Shown: positions 36,259-50,569, numbered from the stretch's first letter. The stretch: DNA of 64,000 bases from Octopus vulgaris (GCA_951406725.2 OX597826.1:744001-808000); one strand, 5' to 3'. The notes: generated by a model not told the origin, from the letters alone. Numbers and translations: made by a program.

Positions 36259-38528
36259 ATTCTGTAGTTTTATTTTTATAGCGTCCTTTCACTTCACTAC
36301 CAAGCGCAGCTCTGTGTGCCTTGGGTATGTGCTGTGAATTGTTGTGATGCTCTGATGGTTACTGTATGGAAAGTGTTCTGCGTAGGATGTGTGCAGTGCC
36401 TAGTAGTGCAATTTTCTGTATGTTATATGTGTTTGTAAGTCCTGGTGTTTTTGTTATGTATTTGTCTGAATATTTTTTTATCATGCCTAATGCACCTACT
36501 ATGATAGGAATTGTTTCTGTTTTTAGATTCCACATTCTGGTTACCTCTATTTCTAGGTCTTTGTATTTTGAAAGTTTCTCCATTTCTTTTAGAGACACGT
36601 TGTCATCTGCCGGTATTGATACATCAATTAGAAAGCATTTTTTTCTTCATGAACTCTAACAACTATATCTGGTCTGTTGACCTTAATTTCTCTATCTGTG
36701 TGTATCGGCATATCCCAGAGTATGGTTGCTTTCTCGTTTTCTATGACCTTTTCTGGTGTGTGCCTATACCATCTTTTTTCTGTTGTTATTCCATAATGCT
36801 GGCATAGCTTCCAGTGTATATAGGTTCCAACTCTGTCATGTCTGTGAATATATTCCTTCTTAGCCAGGACTGGGCAGCCAGAGATAATATGATTTATTGT
36901 TTCTTGTTCATCTCCACATATTCTGCAGTTACTTGTTATATTTCTTTTCATTACATGTTTTTGATAATTTCTGGTGGGGAGGCTTTGGTCTTGTGCTGCA
37001 AATAAAAATTCCTCTGTTTCTGCTTTGAGTCCTGAGCTTCTCAACCATTGCTGGGATTTTTCTTTGTCTATTTCTTTTGCGTTTAGTTTAGTCCAGTATT
37101 TACCATGAAGGGGCTTTTCTTGCCATCGTTTTATCATGGTTCGTTGCTGTTCTATTTTTAGTTTGGATTTCATTTGTTCTATAGCTTTTGTTGTTTCTTT
37201 ATCTTCTTCTTCTTCTTAATCTTCTTCTTCTCCATATTTGTTAGGTGGTATGATTTCTTGTTTGTATTTGTCAGCTTCCTTAAATACTGAGAACAGTTTT
37301 TTGTTTTGCTCTTCTTTTGCGTCTATTCGTATCAGTTTTCCTTCCTTCTGAAGTAAATATTTTTGCAGTCCTATGGTGGTTATTTTATAGTAGTTTTCCA
37401 GCTGTATAAGGCCTCTACTACCTTCTATACGCTGTGTATATAGTCTTTCTATGTCAGATTTTGGATGATGCATCCTGGATCCTGTCATTATTTTTCTTGT
37501 TTTCCTATCTATTTTGGTCAGTTCATTTAGTGTCCAGTTAAGGATATTGTAGCTGTAACTTATAACTGGGACAGCTAAAGTGTTAATACCTATTACCTTG
37601 TTTTTAGCATTGAGCTCTGTGTTTAGTATTGATCTAACTCGTCTATAATATTCTTTTTTTTTATTTTCTCTTTCATTTGTGTGTGTTGTGTCTTATCTAG
37701 TTCATGGATTCCTAAGTATTTGTAAGTTTGGCTTTGGTCTAATTCTTTTATTTCATTGGTTTTATCTAGTGTGATGTTGCTACTCTTAACTAGTTTTCCT
37801 TTTTTCATAGTTACTTTGGCGCATTTTTCTAATCCAAATTTTATATCTATTTCTTTGGTAAATCCATGAACTGTCTTTAATAGTGTTTCCAGCTGTTTGT
37901 CATTTGCAGCGTATAGTTTTAAGTCATCCATATATAAAAGGTGGCTGATCGTTTTGCCGTAACATTTATATCCGCATCCAGTTCTATTTAGCATATCAGA
38001 TAGAGGTGACAGTGCCAAGCAGAAAAGGAGTGGAGAGAGCGTGTCTCCCTGGAATATTCCTCTTCTAATGGGGATGGCTTTGGTTTTCATGAGTCCCTCT
38101 TTTGTTTGTAGCTGTAGCACTGTTTGCCATTTATTCATAGAGTGCCCTATGAATTTTATAATTGTTGGTGCTACTTTGTTAATGGCTAGTGTTTCGAGGA
38201 TCCATGTGTGGGGGATGCTATCAAATGCCTTTTTGTAGTCGATCCAGGCCATACTGAGGCCTTTCTTCTTTCTGTGGCTGTCTTCAGTTATGGCTTTATT
38301 AATCATTAGTTGATCTTTACAGCCATATGAGCCTTTGCGGCATCCTTTTTGCTCTTCTGGAAACAGGTTGTTTTCGTCCAGGTGCTTGTTCAACCTTTGC
38401 GATATCACTGCAGTAAATGCCTTGTACATTGTAGGGAGACAGGTTATTGGTCTGTAGTTTTCTGGTTTTTCTGTCTCATTTGATTTGGGAATTAAGATGG
38501 TTTTCCCCTTCGTGAGCCATTCAGACAT
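36259..38528 (-). mobile_element. 5'-truncated R4/Dong-type LINE (RT + CCHC + restriction-like endonuclease), frameshifted, in TAA repeats
   Basis: NYRPITCL, IDYKKAFDS, GIFQGDTLSP and YMDD (37623-38528); CRIC...HIISGC, RHD and RPD (36628-37173); EKLSKY (36359-36598). Confidence 0.92.
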
Positions 38529-38550
38529 TATTATTATTATTATTATTATT

Positions 38551-39007
38551 GAGTGAGAGAGCAGTTCATGCCATCAAAGTGACACTGGGGTAAAATATAC
38601 GAAGCCCAATATACCCATCATGACTACCCGTCTGATAAGGGTACACCAGGCACATGCATCACAACCATATGTGCGCGACATGGTGATCTCATATCAAGAT
38701 AAACAGCACATGACCTTGCAGGTGGGGCCCAGTTAGAATTTTCTTCAGGTTGAGTAGCCCATCCCGCTCAAACGGTCCCTGAATAAGGGTTGTTTAAGGA
38801 TGTTGAAAAAACCACCCATGTTTCCAGAGGTGAATTATTCAAACCCCAAAGAATCCCTCTCAACACATGGCTATGATGCTCCCCCACTACTTCTGCTCGT
38901 GATCAGAGATGCACATATCGTCAGCCACTAAGGGACATGCTCAACTGGTTAAGATCAAACAACTGACAAGCAAATCTTTGGTATTGAACAGAATATTTGC
39001 TGTAGCC

Positions 39008-39009
<2 letters not shown>
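38551..39009 (-). mobile_element. Second copy of the TAA-embedded non-autonomous repeat
   Basis: Reverse complement of about 12165-12605; (TTA)n on both sides. Confidence 0.8.
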
Positions 39010-39084
<75 letters not shown>

Positions 39085-39085
<1 letters not shown>

Positions 39086-39290
39086 GGCAGCGAGCTAGAG
39101 GAATCGTTAGCGCTCCGGACAAAATACTTAGCGGCATTTTATCAGTCTTTTTGTTCTGAATTTAAATCCCACCGTAGTCGACTTTGCCTTTCATCCTTTC
39201 GTGGTCGATGAAATAAGAATCAGTTGAGTCCTGGGGTCGATGTAATCGATTGGCACTGAAAATTGCTGGCGTTGTGCTAAAATTTGAAAC
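39085..39290 (+). mobile_element. tRNA-derived SINE (family A, Meta-like core)
   Basis: aggcagcgagctag...gactttgcctttcatcctttcg...ggggtcgatgtaatcga. Confidence 0.75.
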
Positions 39291-39325
39291 TATTATTTAT
39301 TACAGTTTCCTTTTTTCGTTTAGAT

Positions 39326-39684
39326 CAGAGGTTTTCAGCCGGGTCCATATAGCCCCTGTGAGTTCATATGTTTTTTTTTTATTTGGGGGGGTCCACACAT
39401 CAAGATAGTAAATTGGAGATCCACAATAGTGTTTGGAGAGCCCCTGAAAAAATTTGCTTTAGATGTATGTATTGGTATGTATTGCAAAAAACCCCTGGGA
39501 TTTTTTCTCTGACATTTTTCATGGTTCAACCTACCCAACTTAATGTATGAAAAACAAAATAGGTATTTTGAAAGATGTTTCTATAAAACTAGGTTTTGAA
39601 CATCGAATGGCTATGGGGATCCGCAAGGATAAAATAATAATAAAAAAAGGGTCCATTGATAAAAAGAATGGTTCGGTATCCCTG
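39326..39684. mobile_element. hAT-Charlie-like MITE
   Basis: Ends cagaggttttc / ccctg with gggtcc subterminal repeats; a related cagtggttctcaaccggggtcc lies at 34413. Confidence 0.55.
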
Positions 39685-40037
39685 GTTTAAACAGCGGAAT
39701 GTTGTGAGCTGAAGTAGATTTTGCTGCTGTTTCTAACAGATCTAATGGCCGCATAGTGACCTATCTTGGCCTAACAAAGGAACAAAGGTACAGGTGAAGG
39801 GAAATGGCTGCAGAAGAAAAAACATTGAAGCTGTACACCAATGAAAGATTCCCTGCTCAAAAGGAGCAACAGTTCCTCCTCGACTCACGGCTAATTAACT
39901 GGTAATAGTTCCTCCTCGACTCACGGCTAATGAACGCTCTTTGGGTTGCACTTGAACTCACAAGAGCAAATTACCATTTGATTTCTTGAATTTTGGTTTC
40001 TTATATATCAGATTGCTTCTGAGATGCTCACAGACGA

Positions 40038-40075
<38 letters not shown>

Positions 40076-40085
40076 ACGATAGATG

Positions 40086-40156
<71 letters not shown>

Positions 40157-40157
40157 G

Positions 40158-40247
<90 letters not shown>

Positions 40248-40251
40248 CAAA

Positions 40252-40282
<31 letters not shown>

Positions 40283-41657
40283 GAAGAAAGAAAGAAAAAA
40301 GATAGAAAAGAATGAATGCAAGAAAGATAGACAAGAAAGAAGGAAAGAAAGATAAAAAGAACGAATGATAAATGAAGAAAGAAAGAAAGAAAGAAAGAAA
40401 GGACGAAAGAAAGGAAAGAATGAATGCAAGAAAGACAGACAAACGGGAGGAAAGAAAATAAAAAGAAAGAAAGAGGCAAGGAAGGAAGGAAGGAAGGAAA
40501 GGAGGAAAAAAGAAAGAATAGAAAGAAGGAAAGATGATAGAAAGAAAGAAAGATAAATGAAAGAATTAAAGAAGAAAAATAGAAAGGACGAAAGGAAATG
40601 AGAGAAAGAAAGAAGCAAACAAGCAAATAAACAAAAGGCAGAAGGGAAGAAAGAAAGTAAACGAAGGAAAATATAAACATATAAACGAGAGAAAGGAAGA
40701 AGTAAAAAAAATGAATGAAAGAGAGAGAAAGGTGTTAAGGAAAGATGAAAATGCGAAGGAAGAATAATTAGTAATTAAAAAGAAGAAGAAAGCGGAAAGA
40801 AAATGAAAATGAATGTAAGAAAAATAAACAAGAAAGAAAAACAAAAGGAAACGAAAAAGGAAAAACAAAGCAAAAACAAATAAAGAAAATAACACAAAAC
40901 AGTCATATACATAGACACACACACATATGTATATATATATGTATATATACACACACATATATATATATATATATGAAGCTTCAAGACAGTACACCAGCAT
41001 GGCCGCTGTTCAATAAAACACAAGACAGTTTCCCGATCTCTTTTGTTAAGTATTTTCTTCGGATCAGTGCCAAACGTAAGGAAATAAATAAACTTCCAGG
41101 TAAAAATAATATAGAAAAGGAAGAAGAGGGGGGGCGGTAATGAGTTCCTTCGTTTGTTTGTGTGTGTGTTTGAGGGGGTTTTTTCGCTTTTTATTTTGTT
41201 TTCTTTGTTTCCCAAATTCTTTTGTTGCCTGCCAAATGTCATTAGAAACAGCGAATTGATAGAATCGGAAAGAAATGCTTAACAGCATTTCTTTCGGCTT
41301 TATGTTCTGAGTTCAAATTCTGCTGAGGTTGATTTTGCCCTTCATCCTTTCGAGGTCGATGAAATAAAGTATCAATCAAGTACTGGGGTCGATGTAATCA
41401 ACTTGTCTGCTTCCCTCCAAATATCTGGCCATGAAACCTGTAACGGACAAGCGTCCCGTCCAGAGGGAATCTTGTGATCTCGGCTCCGTCGCTTATACAC
41501 CAGGAATACCAAGTAAGCGGCCTTACGAGTCCAAAACAAAAAGAAAAATATCTCATTAGAATAAAAGATTGTTCCCGGTAAACAAAGGCCTGCGAAACAT
41601 TTTCGATTCCTAGATGGACGCTGGCGTAGATAGCCAAGTTGTGTATCCCTTGGCAAT

Positions 41658-42029
41658 GTGGAGGCGCAATGGCCCAGTGGTCAGGGCAGCGGACTCGCTG
41701 TCATAGGATCGCGGTTTCGATTCCCAGACCAGGCGTTGTGAGTGTTTATTGAGAGAAAACACCTAAATCTCCACGAGGCTCTGGCAGGGGATGGTGGGGA
41801 AACCTGCTGTACTCTTTCACCACAACTTCCTCTCTCTTTCTTCCTGTTTCTGTTACACCTGCATTTCAAAGGACCAGCCTTGTCACACTCTGTGTCATGC
41901 TGAATCTCCCTGAGAACTACGTTAAGGGTACACGTGTCCGTGGAGTGTTCAGCCACTTGCACGTTAATTTCACGAGCAGGCCGTTCCGTTGATTGGAACT
42001 CTTGTCGTCGTAACCGACGGAGTGCCACG
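41658..42029 (+). mobile_element. tRNA-derived SINE (family C) with 13-bp TSD
   Basis: A and B boxes (tggcccagtgg, ggtttcgattcc); TSD atcccttggcaat at 41645-41657 and 42030-42042. Confidence 0.88.
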
Positions 42030-42158
42030 ATCCCTTGGCAATAGACGTAAAGATAAAGGCGGTGAGCTGACAAAATCCTTAACGCGCCGGATATAATGCT
42101 TCGTGGCATTTCTTCCGCTTTTACCTTCTGAGTTCAAATTCTGCTGACATCGACTTTA

Positions 42159-42333
<175 letters not shown>

Positions 42334-42338
42334 GAAGG

Positions 42339-42388
42339 AGCTTCTACAGGACTAGTACTGTTTCATTCAAGAGAAATCTTCAGAAGCT
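42339..42388 (-). ncRNA. Hammerhead motif in the left arm
   Basis: agctt-CTGAAGA-t-ttc-tctt-gaa-t-GAAACAG-tactagtc-CTGTA-gaagct. Confidence 0.6.
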
Positions 42389-42788
42389 ATTTAACAAGAA
42401 TTGTATTAGCATTTATACATTTAGGCAGGTTTAAAGGAGTGGTACTTTTGGGGGTAGGCATATATCATACTTGGGGAGTGGTCAAGGAGTCAGTGGTAAG
42501 TTAGATGAAAGAATAGATAAATAAAAAAATAAAAAAATAAAAAAATAAAAAATAAAAAAATAAAAAATAAAAAAATAAAAAAATAAAATAAAATAAAATA
42601 AAAAAATAAAAAAATAAAAAATATAAAAAATATATATAAAAAAATATATATATAAAATATATATATAAAAAAATATATATATAAAAAAAAGGGGGGATAG
42701 AGTTATAGGTAAATAAGGAGATTCTCACTTATACCTATACACACATGTATACGTATCTACACACACATACATACATACACATATATAT

Positions 42789-42837
<49 letters not shown>

Positions 42838-44100
42838 CATATGTACACACATACATACATATCTACATACACACATACATACACCCGCCCACATATACAA
42901 ATTTATACACATGCACATGCCTATACCTGTCTACACATACACACACGTATATATGCATACACTCACTCCCATGCATGCACGCATACACACATGTATATAT
43001 ATATATATATATACCCACGACATAAAAATATATATTCATACGCACATACACTCATGCACACACAACACACCTAGTTCCCTATATACACATATTTACACCT
43101 ATATATACATACACCCACATACACCTATGTACACATATATATATATAAACATATACACGCATACATATATATACATGTGTGCACATACATACATACACAC
43201 ATATATACATACACATACGCATACACATGTGTACCTATACATACCTACACATACACACATACATACATACAAATATACATATACATATATATATATACAA
43301 TCCAATACAGGCCCATTCCCTAATTTTAATTTTATTATCTTCATTTATTACTTTTGTTATCTTTGATCGCTAGGGCTAAGAATCCTGGCAATAGCTGCTT
43401 GTCCATTTGTCTGTCTACTAGAAGGCAAGTACTCATTCCCGCACGCACACTCATTAGCACGTACATTCACCCATTCGTACACTCATACACATACACGTAC
43501 GCACGCGTTATATTCATACATACCAACATCTACATACGTTCACGTATATACACATACGTACTCGTACCTACAGATTCGTGTCTACACTTTAAAATGAAGA
43601 TAATAAAATTAAAATTAGGGAATGGGCCTGTATTGGATTGTATATATATATATGTATATGTATATTTGTATGTATGTATGTGTGTATGTGTAGGTATGTA
43701 TAGGTACACATGTGTATGCGTATGTGTATGTATATATGTGTGTATGTATGTATGTGCACACATGTATATATATGTATGCGTGTATATGTTTATATATATA
43801 TATGTGTACATAGGTGTATGTGGGTGTATGTATATATAGGTGTAAATATGTGTATATAGGGAACTAGGTGTGTTGTGTGTGCATGAGTGTATGTGCGTAT
43901 GAATATATATTTTTATGTCGTGGGTATATATATATATATATATACATGTGTGTATGCGTGCATGCATGGGAGTGAGTGTATGCATATATACGTGTGTGTA
44001 TGTGTAGACAGGTATAGGCATGTGCATGTGTATAAATTTGTATATGTGGGCGGGTGTATGTATGTGTGTATGTAGATATGTATGTATGTGTGTACATATG

Positions 44101-44147
<47 letters not shown>

Positions 44148-44533
44148 ATATATATGTGTATGTATGTATGTGTGTGTAGATACGTATACATGTGTGTATA
44201 GGTATAAGTGAGAATCTCCTTATTTACCTATAACTCTATCCCCCCTTTTTTTATATATATATTTTTTATATATATATTTTATATATATATTTTTATATAT
44301 ATTTTTATATTTTTTATTTTTTTTTTTTATTTTATTTTATTTTATTTTTATTTTTATTTTTATTTTTATTTTTATTTTTTTATTTTTATTTTTTTATTTA
44401 TCTATTCTTTCATCTAACTTACCACTGACTCCTTGACATATATGATATTTTGCCTATGCCTACCCCCAAAAAGTCCCCCACCACCACTCCTTTAAACCTG
44501 CCTATATAAATGCTAATACAATTCTTGTTAAAT

Positions 44534-44577
44534 AGCTTCTGAAGATTTCTCTTGAATGAAACAGTACTAGTCCTGTA
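44534..44577 (+). ncRNA. Hammerhead motif in the right arm, lacking the 3' strand of stem I
   Basis: Same as 42339-42388 but gaagc is deleted immediately after the GUA cleavage triplet. Confidence 0.5.
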
Positions 44578-46668
44578 TCCTTCTATATAATAAATTAATT
44601 TTACTCTGCTATGTATTGAGTACCTTACTTACTGTGGTTAACCCCGAATCAACCGGGACCTACATATATATATATATATATATATACATATATATACATA
44701 TATATACATATATATACATATATATATGTATGTATGTATGTGTGCGTGTATATGTTTGTGTGTCTGTGTTTGTCTCCCCAGCATCGCTTGACAACCGATG
44801 CTGGTGTGTTTACGTCCGCGTAACTTAGCGGTTCGGCAAAAGAGAGCGATAGAATAAGTACTAGGCTTACAAAGAATAAGTCCTGGGGTCGATTTGCTCG
44901 ATTAAAGGCGTGGCCGCAGTCAAATGACTGAAACAAGTAAAAGAGTAAAGCGTATACATAAAGGCGTTACTATATCATTAAATATCAGAAAACTATCTAA
45001 ACATGAGACAGGGGGAAACTATAACTTTCTGGCGGTCAACTGGCAAAGTCGTTCGAGCATCAGACGAAATGTCTTGCGATATTTATTCTGGTTTCTGACG
45101 TTCTAAGTCCAAGTCCCGCCAAGGTCAGTTTTGCGTTACCGTCCTCCAGGGTTGATAAATAAAGTGTCTGTCTTGTGTGATGGGCGAGGGAAATCGTCAG
45201 AGTCGGACGATGTATCACGCGGCTTTTATTCCATCTTCTTGCGCTCTGAATTCAAATCTCACCAAGATAAACTTCGCTTTACATAGATCCCGGATCAATA
45301 AACAAATACCGAGAGTGAAGGATTGATGAAATCGTTAGAGCCTTCGGACCGGATACCTTGCGGTATTTGTTCTGGCTCTTTGTGTTTTGAGTTCAAACAC
45401 CGCTACGGCCTACTTGGGTGGTAGACTCAGTACACCACCCCGTTTAATACCACCACCTGGTCATGGGATATCTTTTAGCGTAGTCCTTTCTGTTGCAAAT
45501 AGTCAAGACAGGATACCTTGCTTCCTTCAGTTTACGGAGACCTTTTACAGATTCATGGAAACTCTTCTTCCTTCTTGAATAAACAATAAAAAAGGTTTAG
45601 GTACAAAGATAAGCAGAACATATCACACATACCGGCCATTGTACTTTGGTGTTACTTATTTTATTGATGTAATCTCTTCCCGAAAACGTGAAATGGACCC
45701 CAATGAGGTTCGAACTCCAACCGTAAAGCAATGTAACTAAATACGATATAGTGTTTGGGCTGATGCTCTGCCGATTCTAACAATCCAACCTCCTCTCAAA
45801 AATTCGATATTAAAAAAGAAAATGAGCAACAAAATTGCAACAAAGCTGCGTAATAGAGATTTCAGACGTGACATGCAGACCATCATATAACTTGTTTGAC
45901 ATTACGTCTTTATTCTTGTCTTCCATTTTATTTTGACATGCGCATTGTGTTTTTATTCTTCTCTTCTGTCTTACGAATTCAGTGTGCACATGCGCACCGC
46001 GTGTTCATTCTTCTTTTTCCGATTCCTACTCAAAACTATTGGGTTGTCCGGAAATTTCGTGCCGATTTTTACAGGAAAGAAAAAGGTCAATAAATACTTG
46101 CCCTTACATTTTTAATCACATTTTTAATGTGTATGAGAAGAGGGAAAAATCATATTCAATTAATTAATGTCCCTCACTCTACCTGTATGTGTATAGTTTT
46201 TCACGGGCGTGTGTGTGTGTGTGTGTGTGCATGTGTGTGCGTACGTATGTGTTCTTGCGTACGTGCGAGAGTGTGCGTGTGTGTGTGCGTGTGCGAGTGT
46301 GTGTGTGTGTATGTGTGTGTGTGTGTGCGTGTGTGTGTTTGCCTCCAGCGACAAAAAATACGGTCATCAAAACACGCTGACTGTCCAGTCAGCTGCGCCC
46401 AGTCGTCTCATTCCGGCATACAGGCATTTTAAGCTGCATCTAAAAACAAAAATAACCACCAGCATACTCCAACCTCTTATCTAGAAACATGCTGCGTCCT
46501 CTCTCGCTAACGTTTCTACTACTACTACAATGGCCTCTGTTCTTCAGAGCTGACTGATTGTATGTCATTTCTATTTACCCACACCCGATTCAGCTAACTC
46601 CTCTGGCTGCATCACACGCATTGTATCTATCCAAGGCCTTGCATCAACCACTACAACAACCAATCCGA

Positions 46669-46808
46669 CTAATACTCTGGAAATCTCACTGGAATTTTTC
46701 TCTTGCAAACGACAAGTTCCTCATGAAGAACACGAACCACGTCGATTTCATTGGTGTCGGTGGAGATTGTAAAGGCAATGAGCATGCCCTCTTTCTTCAG
46801 ATTGAAAC
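46669..46808 (-). other. Possible host coding exon (unidentified)
   Basis: Minus-strand actaat...ttttcttatttgctttttaaaattag acceptor, followed by FNLKKEGMLIAFTISTDTNEIDVVRVLHEELVVCKRKIPVRFPEY*. Confidence 0.25.
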
Positions 46809-47186
46809 CTAATTTTAAAAAGCAAATAAGAAAACTGCAATTAGTTTCAGCCGGAAATGGGCCCTCCCTTCAAAATTCATTTAACCAAAAAAAAAAAGAA
46901 GAAAAGAACAACTGGTGCATCTGCACACGAAAACAAATATGTGCGTGGGCGTGTGTGTGAAACAAAGAGAATCTTTTGATGCATTAATTCGCACCATACA
47001 CATCAGACAGACTGAGAATGTTTTAAGATAAATATTATGTTTCAGAATTTTAATTAATTTGAGTAACTATCAATCCTGTTAACCGATCACATGATAAATA
47101 TAATTTTCTCATATATATATGTGTGTGTGTGTGTATGCATGTATGCATGTATGTCGTGAAAACATCTTTACAGATTTACAAAAATA

Positions 47187-47239
<53 letters not shown>

Positions 47240-49053
47240 TTGCTTTCGTAAAGCTGTAAAGCTATTTTCAAGATATTTTATTTATCGTATCTTTTATCTC
47301 GTTTCAGTTATTGGACAGCGCCCATGCTTGGGTACCGCCTTGAAAGTTTTTTTGTTGTTTTTTTTTTTTCATTATTCTAGCGAATCTACTCCAGTACTTA
47401 TTTTCTGTAAAGCCTGGTATCATTCGATACGTATAAAACAGATAGAAGCGCCTATGCAGATTTAAGTAGCTCTGGTATATCTTCCCTCTAAGTATTAATC
47501 TTACCAAAACCTGACTTGCATATAAGGCAAGCTAGATGTGCCCACAAAAGTCTCTTATCGCCTGAAGAAGTGTAGACGTCCGGCTGCCGTTGGAATAGAC
47601 GACTCCCAGCTTCAATGATTCATCTTGACTGGTATTCTTGTCTAGAACTACCGACATAAGTTCTGAATCTTAAAAGATCGTCCTTACTTCGAAATATAAA
47701 TTTCCCCTAAACAACACAGCCGTTACGCGACCTAAACAGACAAGAAGAAGCATATATAACCCCGTATTCAGCAAAGAAATGTGCGAATGATTCCGTGTCG
47801 AAAGCACTAGTCTCGTTGTTGGATGCCACATCTATGTTAAGTGACCCGGTATAGTTCAGAGGTTGACCCTTTCTCCCCATCTCCCAAGCCACGAACATTC
47901 AAACAGTCAATCTTAAATTCTACTATTGTTGAAATTGAAATAAAAAGATAATTATGTAAAGTAAGACATCATAAAATATTGGGTTCAAATTTGGGGGAAA
48001 GGGGCAAGTGCCCAACTGGTATTTATTTCATCAATCTCGAGAAGATGAAAGGCAAAGTTGACCTCGGCGGAATTTGAACTCAAAGCACGAAGACAGACGA
48101 AATGCCGCAAAGCATTTTACCCGACCTGCAAACGATTCTGTCAGATTGCCGCCTTAAAGGAACCATCTGACAGCAACGTTCTCACGAGTTATTGTTTTTA
48201 TGTGTTTGTAAATTTTATTATTTGTAGGCTGTTCTTTTTAGCAATGCTCTAAAATTCTTGGATTTGTAGAAAAGTCCTTTTATTTCCTTCCTCATAAATA
48301 AAGTAGAATTTTTTTACCCCATACCCCACCACACAAACTTTTTTTTCACCCACCTACACAAACATTTTTTTTTATCCTCGGTTCCTCTATCAACTTCAAG
48401 TTGAGGATAGCCGCCCTTCTGTGCGTACAGGCTGAAGAAAGCAGCGAGATTAAGGATACCGATACGAAGTCATTCGCTCATCGCTTAGCTAAATATGAGG
48501 AGAATACGACCTGAGCCGACATTTCCAGTCGAATTCGGTTATGAGAGTGACTGTGCTGTTAAAGGAAAGCCGAAGTCTCGAGATGACGATGATCTTTCAA
48601 GACGCCATAAGATTGATCGATCCTTCCCGGAGCGCGTATTTTGCCTCTTATTTTGAGTTTTTATTTTTACCCCGACAAGCACATTACATTTATCTCGTGT
48701 TTATCCAGCTGCTGTATACAAATAGGCATCCATTGTGCAATACGAGTTACTACTTGTTTTCGCAAGACCTTTCGCGATATTACCAGTGGTTTTTGACATG
48801 GAAACTGATTTTTATCACCACAAAGCCATACCATTTTCTTTTACGATACGTTAAAGGCTTTCGATAAATTCTCTTCAAATCGGCTTTCAAACGGGTTTAT
48901 AAATATTATCTACTTTTTAAGTTTATGTTTGTAACTTAATCTAACCACTAAGCCACGTGTCTCCACTTGTTGGTGGGAGGACAAACACACAGACAAACAT
49001 TCACATGCACAAACACACACACACACACACACACACATATATGTGTCCGTGTG

Positions 49054-49111
<58 letters not shown>

Positions 49112-50569
49112 CAAAACAAAAAATGGAACAAAAATGTAACAGGCAACAACAAAATATTCGGACAGTATATGATACCAAAAAGGACAGGAAGAAACAAAGA
49201 CGGGAAATTCAATCTTCAATCGAGAAGCAGATCGTCCCTGCAGTTTCGGCCGGTTAATTTCGAGACTGCTCTAATCTGGCCGGCCACAAGGAAATCTAAA
49301 CTAAGAGCACTAGATTCTTTGGAAGAAAGCAAGCGAATGTATACGTAAACAAAGACGAAAAGAAAAAACCGGGGAAATGGTATACAATTACAAATACAGA
49401 CAACAGGACATTAACAACAGATGTCTTTCGACTAAGAGCGAATTAAATTAAGCTGGCCTGTGTGGAAGTGAAAGCCTTACGGCAGGAACATAGAAGATAA
49501 AAGTCATGGTAAGAAATACGAAAGATGCTGCACGGATTGCAGTCGAACCAAGAAAGAAAGGTCAGACTTGGCAGAACACCGGTCACGTGGAAGAAGAGGA
49601 GAGAGGTAGTGGGTAGAGGGATTGAAAAATTAGGGAGAGACGAGAAAGAGAGAAAAAAGAGAAAGGGACAGACTGAGGTAAGGGAGGAGGGATAGAGATG
49701 AGAATGACGAGAGTACTAAAAAATGTGAGAGACGGTGGGAGCGAGAAAAGGAAAAGTGGAAAGAAGAAAGTGTGGAAGGGGCCAAAGGAAAGAGCAAGCG
49801 TAGTACAGAGTTTATAGATATAAATATATATATATATATATGTGTGTATGTGTGTGTGTGTATGTGTGTACTTACATACAGGAGTATGCGTACGTTGCTT
49901 AATGATGGACGAATAAGAAGTGCTCAATACATGTTACAGGGGATATCGTTTGTGTGTGTGTGTATGTGTGCTGATTTCAATCTTTGACATAAGGCCACCA
50001 ATTTCAGGGAGGGGTATGTTGTTTACATAAATCCCTAAAGAATGAATGGCAAAGCCGACTTCGCCTGAATTTGAACTCAGAACGTAAAGACGGACGAAAC
50101 GCCGTTAAGCATTTTGTCCGGCGTGCTAACGCTTCTGCCAGCTCGCTTGCCTTACTGGCAAGTGAATATTGCTGGTGTACTTATTAAAAGTGAAAGCTCT
50201 TAGTCTAGTGGTTAAGATGTTGCACTCATGATCGCAAGATCACGGTTTCGATTCCCGGGCCAGAGTGGTGGTGGCGGGGTTGTGTTCTTGAACAAAACAC
50301 TTCTTTTCACGTTGCTCAGCTCACTCAGCTGTAAAGAAGTCATCCTGTGACGAACTGCGTCCCACTCAGGGGTAGTGGTCATGACCGCGATGACTTATAT
50401 GTCATGGAAACCTGGATATCCGGTCCTACGAATGTTATGCTTTTATTCTTTTATATGTTTCAGCCTTGAGGCTACGGCCATGCTGGGACACCACCAGTGT
50501 TAGGACAAGAAATATTAATGCCTAACGGTTATCTTTTACTTATCGAAATATGTTTATCGTAGATACATC

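Noticed and set aside
39870-39931. 25-bp direct repeat agttcctcctcgactcacggctaat
   Set aside because: Only two copies; ordinary local slippage
47530-48870. Short ORFs in complex sequence (47707-47898, 48541-48867)
   Set aside because: No recognisable domain or convincing splice signals
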